Source: a virus (taxonomy: Duplodnaviria > Caudoviricetes). From it: 54,137 nt of DNA. The notes beneath the pieces are model-generated. The model was not told the origin of the DNA, searched no databases, and was given only the letters and a program-made list of their open reading frames with translations. The stretch lies in the IMG/VR virus record IMGVR_UViG_3300022074_000055, positions 1 to 54,137 of that record; one strand, written 5' to 3'. Of this stretch, positions 8,900-16,978 are shown one piece after another. Positions within the stretch are counted from its first letter, which is position 1; each line of letters starts with the position of its first letter. The position numbers and the translations under genes are program-made.

Positions 8900-11068
8900 A
8901 TGCGTATTGCACCCTTTGACAACACTAAATCTAGTGATCCGCGTTATTTAGTGGAACATATTAGCGACAGTGTTCCATCTCATGTTCAGGTACAAACGCT
9001 AAAAGATACTTTTCCAAATGGAATCATTCGGGGCAATGTTTTTTACATTGGCTCAATGTATGGTGAACGTGGCGAATCTATGAAAATAGACATTAATCCT
9101 AGTAGCCAAAACTTCATGCGCGGTCAGGACTTCAACGGAGGCACTGGTGTCGGGGGTATTGTAAAGATACTTATGGAAGCACGAGGCATGAAGCTGCATG
9201 AAATAAAAGATATGTTCGGGTCTTACCTGGAAACAGCGCCAGTAAGAACGCGAACAAATTCATCCAGCACTACTCCTCCTTGGTTACAAAACCCAGTAAA
9301 CCAGCAGCCACAAGAAAATGTTCGGATTAAAACCACCATTGATATCAATACTGCTTATACGCAGGAATGGAATTATATTAGCAAAGATGGCGAAATAATA
9401 TGTTCAGTTAGGCGTTATGATATTGAGGGTAAGAAAGAATTTAGACCATTCCTACCAAACAATACCTATTCCAAAGCACCTGAAGTTAGGCCACTTTACA
9501 ATATCCCGAACATATTAAATGCCAAGCAAGTCATATGGGTAGAAGGCGAGAAGTGTGCTGAAGCTTTAATTCAATCGGGGTATGTAGCAACTTGCACATT
9601 GGGAGGGGCTGGTGCATTAACTAGAAACAACTCCCATAAGTATGATTTCACGCCACTCAGGGGAAAAGAAGTTATTTTATGGCCTGATAATGACGAAGCT
9701 GGTAAGCGCTTGGCTGAAATTGTTCGGGATATGTGTGTGGATGTTCAGGCTTCCTCAGTAACAATGCTTAAGCCACCATTTGATAAACCAGAAAAATGGG
9801 ACTCAGCAGACGCAATAGCCGAACAATTTGATATAAAGGCGTTCATTGATAAAAATTCCCAGTTCAAAACCAGAAGTATTAATCTTCTCGATGATAGCTT
9901 ACTTATTGATCGTTTCAGTGGGAAAGCGCCTGTTCAAGATTTCTTAATAGATAGTACGTTCCCATTGGGCATACCGATTATATTCTCTGCGGCTGGAGAT
10001 GCTGGTAAAGGCATGATGACCTTAGACCTTGGTATGAAAGTATCTTCTGGTTTCCCCATGCAAAATGCATTTGGCGGTATCGTTAAAGAGCATGGTGACG
10101 TTGTTATATTTACCGCAGAAGATGATGAGTCAGAAGTTCACAGACGTATCGAGAGAATGGATCCGTTTGAAAATAGAAGAACATTCAAGCATAAGCTTCA
10201 TATTGTGCCATTGCCTAATGTAGGCGGTACATTCCCCATACTTAGCGAAATAAATGGCGAGTACATTGTCTCAGAAGAATTTAATCGTATCCATGACCAG
10301 ATGTTACAAATGGAAAACTTAAAATTAGTTGTGTTTGACCCACTTGCGTCTTTTGTTCACGCTGATGTGAATTCTGACCCTGCGGCAGGGGCTGCCTTTA
10401 CTGGTCTTATGGCTAGGGTCGCAACAGAAACAGGGGCAAGTATTATAGTATGTCACCATATGACTAAATCGGGCGATAAGCCTGTGTCATCACCAGAGCA
10501 AGCCCGTAATCTTATTCGGGGTACTTCTGCATTGGTTGATGGTGTGCGCTCGGCATTTGCCCTATGGCAAGTCGAGGAAGGAGAGGCTAAAAAAAGATGT
10601 TCTGCTCTCGGCATAGGTTACGTCAGAAACATATGTTTTGATGGTGCTATAGTGAAGTCCAACGGACCAGCAGAAAGAAAAATACGAAAATTTGTTCGGG
10701 ATTTAGACAGCGGTTTGCTGGTAGATAATACACAAGCACTAGAGGCGGTAGAAACATCTAATGAGCGAGATGTTAAGCTAAACGCTCTATATAACTGGAT
10801 TGAGTTATGTGAGCGTAATGGTCGGGCTTTATGTCAAAAGACAGGAGCTGATTCAATCATAGAACGATTGGATGATGCAAACGCACCAACTACATTACAA
10901 AACATCTCTCAGGCAACAATAGATAGATATGTTCGGGAATTAATACAGACAAGGCGTATTGCGAAGTATTCATTCACGGCAACAGGAGGTAGTAAATGGC
11001 TTGGAACCACACAAGGCGTAATGTCTAATGGCGAATATCAAGCGGTTACTGCAAGAGACAATGCATAA
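8900..11068 (+). CDS. Primase-helicase (TOPRIM plus AAA_25/RepA-type helicase)
   Basis: TOPRIM WVEGEKCA and LWPDNDEAG; Walker A AAGDAGKG, Walker B VVFDPL, HH, RGTSALVDGVR. Confidence 0.85.
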   Translation: MRIAPFDNTKSSDPRYLVEHISDSVPSHVQVQTLKDTFPNGIIRGNVFYIGSMYGERGESMKIDINPSSQNFMRGQDFNGGTGVGGIVKILMEARGMKLHEIKDMFGSYLETAPVRTRTNSSSTTPPWLQNPVNQQPQENVRIKTTIDINTAYTQEWNYISKDGEIICSVRRYDIEGKKEFRPFLPNNTYSKAPEVRPLYNIPNILNAKQVIWVEGEKCAEALIQSGYVATCTLGGAGALTRNNSHKYDFTPLRGKEVILWPDNDEAGKRLAEIVRDMCVDVQASSVTMLKPPFDKPEKWDSADAIAEQFDIKAFIDKNSQFKTRSINLLDDSLLIDRFSGKAPVQDFLIDSTFPLGIPIIFSAAGDAGKGMMTLDLGMKVSSGFPMQNAFGGIVKEHGDVVIFTAEDDESEVHRRIERMDPFENRRTFKHKLHIVPLPNVGGTFPILSEINGEYIVSEEFNRIHDQMLQMENLKLVVFDPLASFVHADVNSDPAAGAAFTGLMARVATETGASIIVCHHMTKSGDKPVSSPEQARNLIRGTSALVDGVRSAFALWQVEEGEAKKRCSALGIGYVRNICFDGAIVKSNGPAERKIRKFVRDLDSGLLVDNTQALEAVETSNERDVKLNALYNWIELCERNGRALCQKTGADSIIERLDDANAPTTLQNISQATIDRYVRELIQTRRIAKYSFTATGGSKWLGTTQGVMSNGEYQAVTARDNA

Positions 11069-11176
11069 TAAAAATTTTTTTTATCCCAATGCGTCAACTT
11101 TTTATAAAGCTAGGTTATAGTTAGTTATACCTTGAGGTATAATACAATTGAAATATAACATTGAAAGGGCAAAGAA

Positions 11177-11623
11177 ATGTTAAAAGTATTAGTAAGAGAA
11201 ACAGAATATCAATTTGATGATGACTCAACAGGAGATTCGCCTGATGATAATAGTATCATATCAAATTTTACGAGAAGAAAAATAAATCAAAACATTAGTA
11301 GATGGAGACTTGATCCTGAAAGAAATCCAGAAAATGAATGTTGGGTTTCTTACAGAAAAGTTATTAAAGATAACAGATTTCATAAAAATGATTTAATGGT
11401 GTTGGCTCAATTTCTTCAAGAAATGTATTTAAAAGCTTTAGCAAATCGTGATGAGGCCATAAAAGAAATACGATCTTGGTCACATTATGATGATGATTGT
11501 GAAGGTATGTTTATTCATCCTAAAAAAAGCGAAAAACTTTTATTAGAAGTAAACAAAGAACAGCATAATGATATGATGCACGACTTAGAAGCTTTAGGTA
11601 TGGCTTATGCTACAATTAGGTAA
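11177..11623 (+). CDS. Hypothetical protein
   Basis: ORF downstream of a TATAAT at 11138. Confidence 0.6.
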   Translation: MLKVLVRETEYQFDDDSTGDSPDDNSIISNFTRRKINQNISRWRLDPERNPENECWVSYRKVIKDNRFHKNDLMVLAQFLQEMYLKALANRDEAIKEIRSWSHYDDDCEGMFIHPKKSEKLLLEVNKEQHNDMMHDLEALGMAYATIR

Positions 11624-12051
11624 TGATGCTTAACATTATCGCTAAATACGCTCACGAAAGAGATGATATACCAGATGGCTATACAAGAAGACTCTTGTAT
11701 GGTCATCATGGTGCTAAAGGATATGTAGTTGATTATAAGGAGGTCGTAATGGACGAAAAAGACTATGAGGGCAAGCCTAGATATTATTTTTTAGATAAAG
11801 CAGAGGAATATATCGGAGGGCCTAGAAATAAACAATATGGTGATGCTAGGGAAAACTTCTATAGAATATCTCAGATACTCAACGCTATACTCGAAGACAA
11901 ACTAAAGTCTAAGCTAACAGAAGAAGATGTTGCTCAAATATCTATCGGGATTAAGTTAGCGCGGTTAAGACACACACCAGACCATGAAGACTCATGGATT
12001 GATATAGCTGGTTATGCGGCTCTTGGAGGAGAAGTCTCTTGCGAAGAATAA
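11623..12051 (+). CDS. DUF6378-like protein (strong internal start at 11749)
   Basis: G.R..QYGD...NF.RI, K.ARL..., HEDSWIDIAGYAALGGE. Confidence 0.75.
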   Translation: MMLNIIAKYAHERDDIPDGYTRRLLYGHHGAKGYVVDYKEVVMDEKDYEGKPRYYFLDKAEEYIGGPRNKQYGDARENFYRISQILNAILEDKLKSKLTEEDVAQISIGIKLARLRHTPDHEDSWIDIAGYAALGGEVSCEE

Positions 12052-12227
12052 AGCACGGGACAGAAGATTTAAGAGAATTTAAAACCGAACAATTTAGTAT
12101 GTTTGAAAAACCGCAGCAGGAACCGCTGCACAAAGAGAAGAAATGTTCGGATTGTACCAGCTTAAAAGCTTGGTTCTCGATAGACTTTGGAAAAACATGG
12201 CAATGTAAAGGGCATAAAAAATGGTAA
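12039..12227 (+). CDS. Small Cys-containing hypothetical protein
   Basis: CSDC...WQC.H; operon context. Confidence 0.5.
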   Translation: MRRIKHGTEDLREFKTEQFSMFEKPQQEPLHKEKKCSDCTSLKAWFSIDFGKTWQCKGHKKW

Positions 12228-12595
12228 CTAAAGAAACAGAAAAAATAGATACAGTTGAATTATATTTATTAGAAAGAAGAAAAATAAAATTAAATAAGAA
12301 AAATTTGAAAAATAAACGAGATTATGAAAAAAAAAGACAAAGAGCAGAAAGACGCAATCATCACTTGAATTTATATAAGATAGCAAAGGGATGTCATAAT
12401 TGCGGGTATAAAGAACATCCAATAGCTCTTTATTTCTTCCATACATATAATGACAGAAATGTTGGAATATCGTCTGCTTTGTTTAATTGTACGATAAAAA
12501 AACTATTCAAAGAAATACGCAAGACAAAGCTTACTTGCGCTAATTGCACATCTATCTTTACAGCACAAAGACGTAAGGAGTATTACAATGTTTGA
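12221..12595 (+). CDS. Degenerate HNH-like zinc-binding protein
   Basis: GCHNCGY.EHP.AL.F.H ... CANC; the expected histidines are partly substituted. Confidence 0.6.
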   Translation: MVTKETEKIDTVELYLLERRKIKLNKKNLKNKRDYEKKRQRAERRNHHLNLYKIAKGCHNCGYKEHPIALYFFHTYNDRNVGISSALFNCTIKKLFKEIRKTKLTCANCTSIFTAQRRKEYYNV

Positions 12596-13010
12596 AGCAG
12601 CAATTACATGCCTTGCTCTTAATGTGTACTTTGAAGCCCGTAATCAACCCATGATAGGGCAAATAGCAGTAGCACAAGTGGTTATGCACAGAGTGTACGA
12701 TGAACGCTACCCTAATGACGTTTGTGAGGTCGTAGAACAGGGGCAAAGATACTCCTGGGATAAAAGTAAACTTGTTCGGGATAAATGCCAGTTTTCATGG
12801 TTCTGTGACGGGAAATCAGATAAACCTACAGACATGTATGCATGGCAAAAAGCCAGAATGATAGCCTCTGGAGTATATCGAGGTGCGCTATATGATGTGG
12901 TAGATCGGGCTACTCATTATCATTCAGTTGACGTATTACCAAGCTGGTCAGAGAGCAAACAGTATATAGTTCGGATCAATGATCATGTGTTCTATAGATG
13001 GGAAAAATAA
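12588..13010 (+). CDS. Cell wall hydrolase, SleB/Hydrolase_2 family
   Basis: CLALNVYFEAR..., VAQVVM.RV, CQFSW.CDG, ATHYH, HVFY. Confidence 0.9.
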   Translation: MFEAAITCLALNVYFEARNQPMIGQIAVAQVVMHRVYDERYPNDVCEVVEQGQRYSWDKSKLVRDKCQFSWFCDGKSDKPTDMYAWQKARMIASGVYRGALYDVVDRATHYHSVDVLPSWSESKQYIVRINDHVFYRWEK

Positions 13011-13020
13011 GGAAATTTAT

Positions 13021-13122
13021 ATGTTTATTAACTTTATAAAAAAGGTCTTTCGCTTTTTTACAAAAGGCTCAAATAGAAAAGATTTAAGTGTAAAAGTATC
13101 GGGTGTTAGTAACAAAAAATAG
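13021..13122 (+). CDS. 33-aa cationic amphipathic peptide (not in ORF track)
   Basis: MFINFIKKVFRFFTKGSNRKDLSVKVSGVSNKK; TAAGGA SD. Confidence 0.35.
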   Translation: MFINFIKKVFRFFTKGSNRKDLSVKVSGVSNKK

Positions 13123-13320
13123 GTATCAGTGTCAATGAGGGTGTGATACCAGTGTCAGTGATACCTCAATAAAATCAATAGGTTAAGGTAAAAGGAATCA
13201 GTTAAAGTAAAATGAATGACACCAACGCTAAGTCATTGAAAACAAACAAGGTATCATTGGTGTCACTGGTGTCATATATATATATATGTGGGGGTAGTGA
13301 TACCCCACACATATATTAAG
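13121..13320. repeat. Iteron-like GGTRTCA/TGAYACC array with IHF-like sites and hairpin (ori or pac candidate)
   Basis: Repeated heptamers in both orientations; AATCAATAGGTTA matches the IHF consensus WATCAANNNNTTR; (TA)n run and a GGGG/CCCC hairpin. Confidence 0.6.
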
Positions 13321-13341
13321 TAAAAAGAGGAGCAAAATAAA

Positions 13342-13878
13342 ATGCCAAAAGCAGGGCAAAGTTTAACTAAGGAGCAGAGTCTTGCACATATGAAAAGACT
13401 CACTCCACAACATCAAAAGTTTCTAGATAACTATATGTATCGGGATATGACACAAACCGCATCAGCAAGAGAAGCGGGGTACGCTAACCCGTCTGTCGCT
13501 GCTGTTAGGCTTCTGCGGAACGCTGTCGTCCAAGAGCGATTGGAAGAAATGAGGCTGGAGGCTAAAGCTAAGTTCGGGGTAACAGTTGATAAGTCTGTTC
13601 GGGACTTACTGAAGCTTAGAGATGAAGCTTGGCAGTTAGGTAAGTTCGGGGAAGCAATACGCGCTGAAGAGCTACGTTTGAAGGCCACAGGGCTACTTAT
13701 AAATAAAAGCCACATAACACACGAAGATGTATCGGGCTTAACTAAGGAGCAAATGCTTGAAAAGCTTGATGAATTCAGGCGTTTGGCAGATAGCAGAATG
13801 AAAAACATCACGCCCGTTGAAGGAGAGGCACAAGAGATAGTGCCTGATACAGAAATACCCACTATATCTAGTGATTAA
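13342..13878 (+). CDS. terS: Terminase small subunit
   Basis: LTPQHQKFLDNY...TASAREAGY..AVRLL.N..V HTH-type TerS pattern; GAGGAG SD. Confidence 0.8.
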   Translation: MPKAGQSLTKEQSLAHMKRLTPQHQKFLDNYMYRDMTQTASAREAGYANPSVAAVRLLRNAVVQERLEEMRLEAKAKFGVTVDKSVRDLLKLRDEAWQLGKFGEAIRAEELRLKATGLLINKSHITHEDVSGLTKEQMLEKLDEFRRLADSRMKNITPVEGEAQEIVPDTEIPTISSD

Positions 13879-13879
13879 C

Positions 13880-14280
13880 CTTGTTCTCCCAGAGAGACGC
13901 TCTGGATATGTTCGGAGGTCGCCCTAGAGCCGCATCGAGGCATAGATCGGAATATGTTCGGGTTATGGTCATCGTGGTTCGGGTTCGCCCTGGGCGGAGC
14001 CGCTGGTAAACCCGAAGAAATGTTCGGGTTCGGGGCGCCCTCCGCCTGGGCTGCTGCTGAATCATCGGGGTCTTACCTGGATGCAACTTCGGGATCTGAA
14101 CAAATGTTCGGGATTATCCGCTGCCTGCCAGGTAAAACACAATATCTTGTGCTGCAGATCTGCTGACCCCCCTGGCTGCCGTGCTGCAGCAACTACTTCT
14201 TGGGAGTTAACCAGAACAATTGTTCGTCGAGCCCTGGGCCTGGGTGCTGCTCTCCCTAGTCCCGCAGCCAAGAAACTTTT
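13880..14280. repeat. GC-rich non-coding array of GTTCGG / GAAC-N4-GTTC motifs with clustered CCWGG and GCWGC
   Basis: GTTCGG near 13910, 13956, 13977, 14022, 14028, 14107; GAACAATTGTTC at 14214. Confidence 0.7.
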
Positions 14281-14303
14281 TTTTATTCTTTTGTTTTTTT
14301 TAT

Positions 14304-14353
14304 TTGACATACGAAATAGACTTCACTATATATTATATATGAAACACATTTCA
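14304..14353 (+). promoter_or_regulatory. Early promoter with two GAAA-N4-TTTC-type operators
   Basis: TTGACA-17-TATATA; GAAATAGACTTC in the spacer; TGAAACACATTTCA at 14340; upstream T-tracts. Confidence 0.8.
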
Positions 14354-14370
14354 CACACAGGAGAAAAGAA

Positions 14371-14700
14371 ATGAATTATATAGAAAAACTTATTGAAGAA
14401 TTAAATGAATGTGATCAAAGCATTCTATGGGATGACTCTTCAGATAAGCATGATCTTACCCCATCTATTACGTTCAACGCTGGAGACACAGAAGATGGTC
14501 ACAATTTAGTTCAACTGTTTGCTTTTGAAACAAAAGAACAAGCAGAATTAGAGCAGTTAGATGTCTATGGAATTGATTTTGCTAAAGATGGGGATTTTAC
14601 TTATTCCAAATGGCACGGCAACAGTCGTCACGAAGCAATTCAAAGGGCATTAGTTATTGCACAAGATTTGCAAAAATTCGTTGAGGGAGAAAAGAAATGA
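14371..14700 (+). CDS. Hypothetical early protein
   Basis: AGGAG SD; first gene after the promoter. Confidence 0.75.
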   Translation: MNYIEKLIEELNECDQSILWDDSSDKHDLTPSITFNAGDTEDGHNLVQLFAFETKEQAELEQLDVYGIDFAKDGDFTYSKWHGNSRHEAIQRALVIAQDLQKFVEGEKK

Positions 14701-14990
14701 GTAAATTTAATTCGTATGTAGATTTAACAGATAAAGGCGTTCTTTATTTGTGCAAATGGAACGATTCAATTGTAGAAATACATAATGAAGAAACCTTAAA
14801 AGACACATATTCAAACACTAATCTATTTACTGATCCAGATGGTATTTTCCATAATTTTGATTTGTTAAACCAAGTTAGTGTTGAAAATGATTTGACGCTT
14901 AAAAATTATTTGGAGTTATCCCAAAGTAATGAAAACTATTTAAGTAAAGAATTTGTTTGTGACAATATGCAAATTACAAGAATTTCTTGA
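14697..14990 (+). CDS. Hypothetical early protein
   Basis: ATGA overlap; GGAG SD. Confidence 0.7.
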   Translation: MSKFNSYVDLTDKGVLYLCKWNDSIVEIHNEETLKDTYSNTNLFTDPDGIFHNFDLLNQVSVENDLTLKNYLELSQSNENYLSKEFVCDNMQITRIS

Positions 14991-15002
14991 AGGGAAATAA
15001 AA

Positions 15003-15374
15003 ATGATTAAGAACCAAAAAACCAAAAGACTAATAGCAGATCTACAATATGTGGATCTGTTTGACTCAAACAATGTTTACAGGCGTTACTTCAGGCTTTG
15101 GCTTGATGGCTCGTATCTAGGAGAAGAACACTACAGGCGCAACATTGAACAAGCAAAGCGCTTGTGGAACAAACCTCGTAGGTCTATCCGTGCCTTTGTG
15201 TTGAATGAATGGCGCAAGTATAATGAGACTGATTTGAGCGAATACTCACAGCATCAAATCGCCAGAGCTTTCAAGGAAGTTCTGGGCGATAGATTGGAAG
15301 AGTTCAACGATACGCTTATTGAGGACTTCCGCGATCAGTTCCGTGAGTTCGTAGAAGAACGGGAAGTAGCGTGA
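15003..15374 (+). CDS. Hypothetical early protein
   Basis: AAGGGA SD; operon context. Confidence 0.7.
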   Translation: MIKNQKTKRLIADLQYVDLFDSNNVYRRYFRLWLDGSYLGEEHYRRNIEQAKRLWNKPRRSIRAFVLNEWRKYNETDLSEYSQHQIARAFKEVLGDRLEEFNDTLIEDFRDQFREFVEEREVA

Positions 15375-15811
15375 GTAAATTATATTTTGCTTATGGCTCA
15401 AACCTTAACTTGGGGCAAATGCAACATCGTTGCCCCAATGCCCGACCCGTCGGGAAGGTTGCCTTTTTTGGCTATGAATTGACCTTTCGGGGAGTCGCTG
15501 ACATTATCAAAACAGGTCGTCCAGATAGTCGTATCGATGGGGGTCTTTGGGAAATTACACCAGAGTGTGAGAAGGCTCTTGATATATATGAGGGAGTCGC
15601 ACATCGGCTTTACAGTAAAATATATATTGCGGGAGTTATGACCTATCAGATGAACGGAGGGGATATTTCCCCGCCACCAAGAGGTTACTTTAATACAATC
15701 CGCGAGGGATACTATGATTTCGATATCGATGTAGTCTCGCTTTATGATTCTGCTGGTTGGGCGCACTATAACGAAATAGAGGAGAATAATTATGGATATA
15801 GCTATTTATAA
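15371..15811 (+). CDS. Gamma-glutamylcyclotransferase (GGCT/AIG2-like)
   Basis: LYFAYGSNL...M..RCP, G.LWEI, ALD.YEG. Confidence 0.9.
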   Translation: MSKLYFAYGSNLNLGQMQHRCPNARPVGKVAFFGYELTFRGVADIIKTGRPDSRIDGGLWEITPECEKALDIYEGVAHRLYSKIYIAGVMTYQMNGGDISPPPRGYFNTIREGYYDFDIDVVSLYDSAGWAHYNEIEENNYGYSYL

Positions 15812-16004
15812 GATGAATTTTGAAGAGTTCAGGGATCTTTTAGCTCAAGCAAACCTAGAGGCTATCGGTGATAGCGCTGGTCCTGTAATGAAATGTTCGG
15901 GTACCAGAGACGCTGCTTGGGTCGGAAGATGGAAAGCTGAATCAAGTAATCGGTTTCGAGTAAGTTATTTCGGAGCAATGACGGATCCAGCCAGGATAAT
16001 GTAA
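15792..16004 (+). CDS. Hypothetical protein
   Basis: GAGGAG SD; followed by a terminator. Confidence 0.55.
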   Translation: MDIAIYKMNFEEFRDLLAQANLEAIGDSAGPVMKCSGTRDAAWVGRWKAESSNRFRVSYFGAMTDPARIM

Positions 16005-16029
16005 AATGTTCGGGTTTTCTGTGGAAAAG

Positions 16030-16055
16030 GTGCGGCTTCGGCTGCACTTTTTTTT
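16030..16055 (+). terminator. Intrinsic terminator
   Basis: GTGCGGC-TTCG-GCTGCAC followed by T8. Confidence 0.8.
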
Positions 16056-16165
16056 GTCTCGTGCCCTGGAGGGACAGCAGCATAACCCGAACAATTGTTC
16101 GTCCTGGTCAGCGGCAGGAGGCCAGGGCGCAGCAAAATTTTTTTTCAGGAAATGTGTTTTTTTAT

Positions 16166-16194
16166 TTGACTCTATGAAATAAGTTTCGTATAGT
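16166..16194 (+). promoter_or_regulatory. Early promoter with operator in the spacer
   Basis: TTGACT-17-TATAGT; ATGAAATAAGTTTCGT in the spacer. Confidence 0.8.
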
Positions 16195-16200
16195 ATATAG

Positions 16201-16300
16201 GTAAGTTGTTGGTCTTGCAGAAAGATATAAAACGGCTTGCACGGGAGGCGGTGTCGGAACTACCTAGATGTGGATGAAACCACCGCCTCTCACACACACA
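16201..16300 (+). ncRNA. Structured leader or candidate small RNA
   Basis: GTAAGTTGTT/AACGGCTTGC and GAGGCGGTG/CACCGCCTC stems directly after the -10 box, followed by (CA)n. Confidence 0.35.
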
Positions 16301-16321
16301 GTTAAATTCAGGAGGGAAGTA

Positions 16322-16498
16322 ATGGAACAAGATTTAAGAGAACAGTTGGCTGTGGTATGGAGGGCGTTGCACAGCTACAGGCATGACCTCATACCTGAAG
16401 GCATAGACAAAGGTTATGATGAAGAGTGGGATGAGATATGTGGATCGATGGCATCAATAACCGAGGAGCTTGGGCTCGATTCAGTAGCTGTTGACTAA
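16322..16498 (+). CDS. Hypothetical protein (MEQDL start)
   Basis: AGGAGG SD before the ATG at 16322. Confidence 0.65.
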   Translation: MEQDLREQLAVVWRALHSYRHDLIPEGIDKGYDEEWDEICGSMASITEELGLDSVAVD

Positions 16499-16526
16499 TT
16501 CGGGTAAACGAACAAGGAGCAAAGTG

Positions 16527-16712
16527 ATGGAACAGGATTTAAACAATACTACACTACTTGAGTCTTTAGAGGATTTAGTAGACCAGCTAGGTAGGGATAA
16601 GATTACGGAAGAAGAAGCGACCACCGTGTTAGAATCTATAGTAAAATACCAAAAGTTTTGGGGTGAAGTGTGTCGGAATGGTAAACCTATGGTCGAATGT
16701 GAATGTTGTTAA
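16527..16712 (+). CDS. Hypothetical protein (MEQDL start, Cys-rich end)
   Basis: AAGGAG SD before the ATG at 16527. Confidence 0.6.
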   Translation: MEQDLNNTTLLESLEDLVDQLGRDKITEEEATTVLESIVKYQKFWGEVCRNGKPMVECECC

Positions 16713-16732
16713 AAATTGTTCGGGTAATGAAC

Positions 16733-16759
16733 GGGCTGCTTACGGGCAGCCCTTTTTTT
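16733..16759 (+). terminator. Intrinsic terminator
   Basis: GGGCTGC-loop-GCAGCCC followed by T7. Confidence 0.85.
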
Positions 16760-16903
16760 ATGTCGGGATTCGGGCATCGGGCTTTCCTGCTGCTGCTTAA
16801 AACCCGAACAATTGTTCTGCATTCCTGCTGCCTGTACCCCTGGATCACGCAGCGTGATTGTTGTTGTTTTTTGCTATTTTTGGCTAAAACCAGAACATTT
16901 TTC

Positions 16904-16933
16904 TTGTATATGAAATGCGTTTCATGGTAATTT
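16904..16933 (+). promoter_or_regulatory. Amidoligase promoter with perfect-arm operator ATGAAA-N4-TTTCAT
   Basis: TTGTAT...TAATTT flanking ATGAAATGCGTTTCAT (16910-16925). Confidence 0.65.
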
Positions 16934-16978
16934 AGGGGTGTCGATAGACACACACACACAACAAAAAGGAAATTTAAA

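Noticed and set aside
13880-14280. CRISPR-like array
   Set aside because: Repeats are only 6-16 nt, degenerate and irregularly spaced, with no constant repeat-spacer period
13868-14374. ORFs 13868..14086, 13954..14166, 14062..14310 and 14081..14374
   Set aside because: Probably by-products of the GC-rich motif array; no SDs, and some run through the promoter
16245-16290. Hammerhead ribozyme (GATGAAAC present)
   Set aside because: No CUGANGA core or third stem found
16687-16959. ORFs 16687..16959 (-) and 16703..16930 (+)
   Set aside because: They cross a terminator, the palindrome and a promoter; composition is not protein-like
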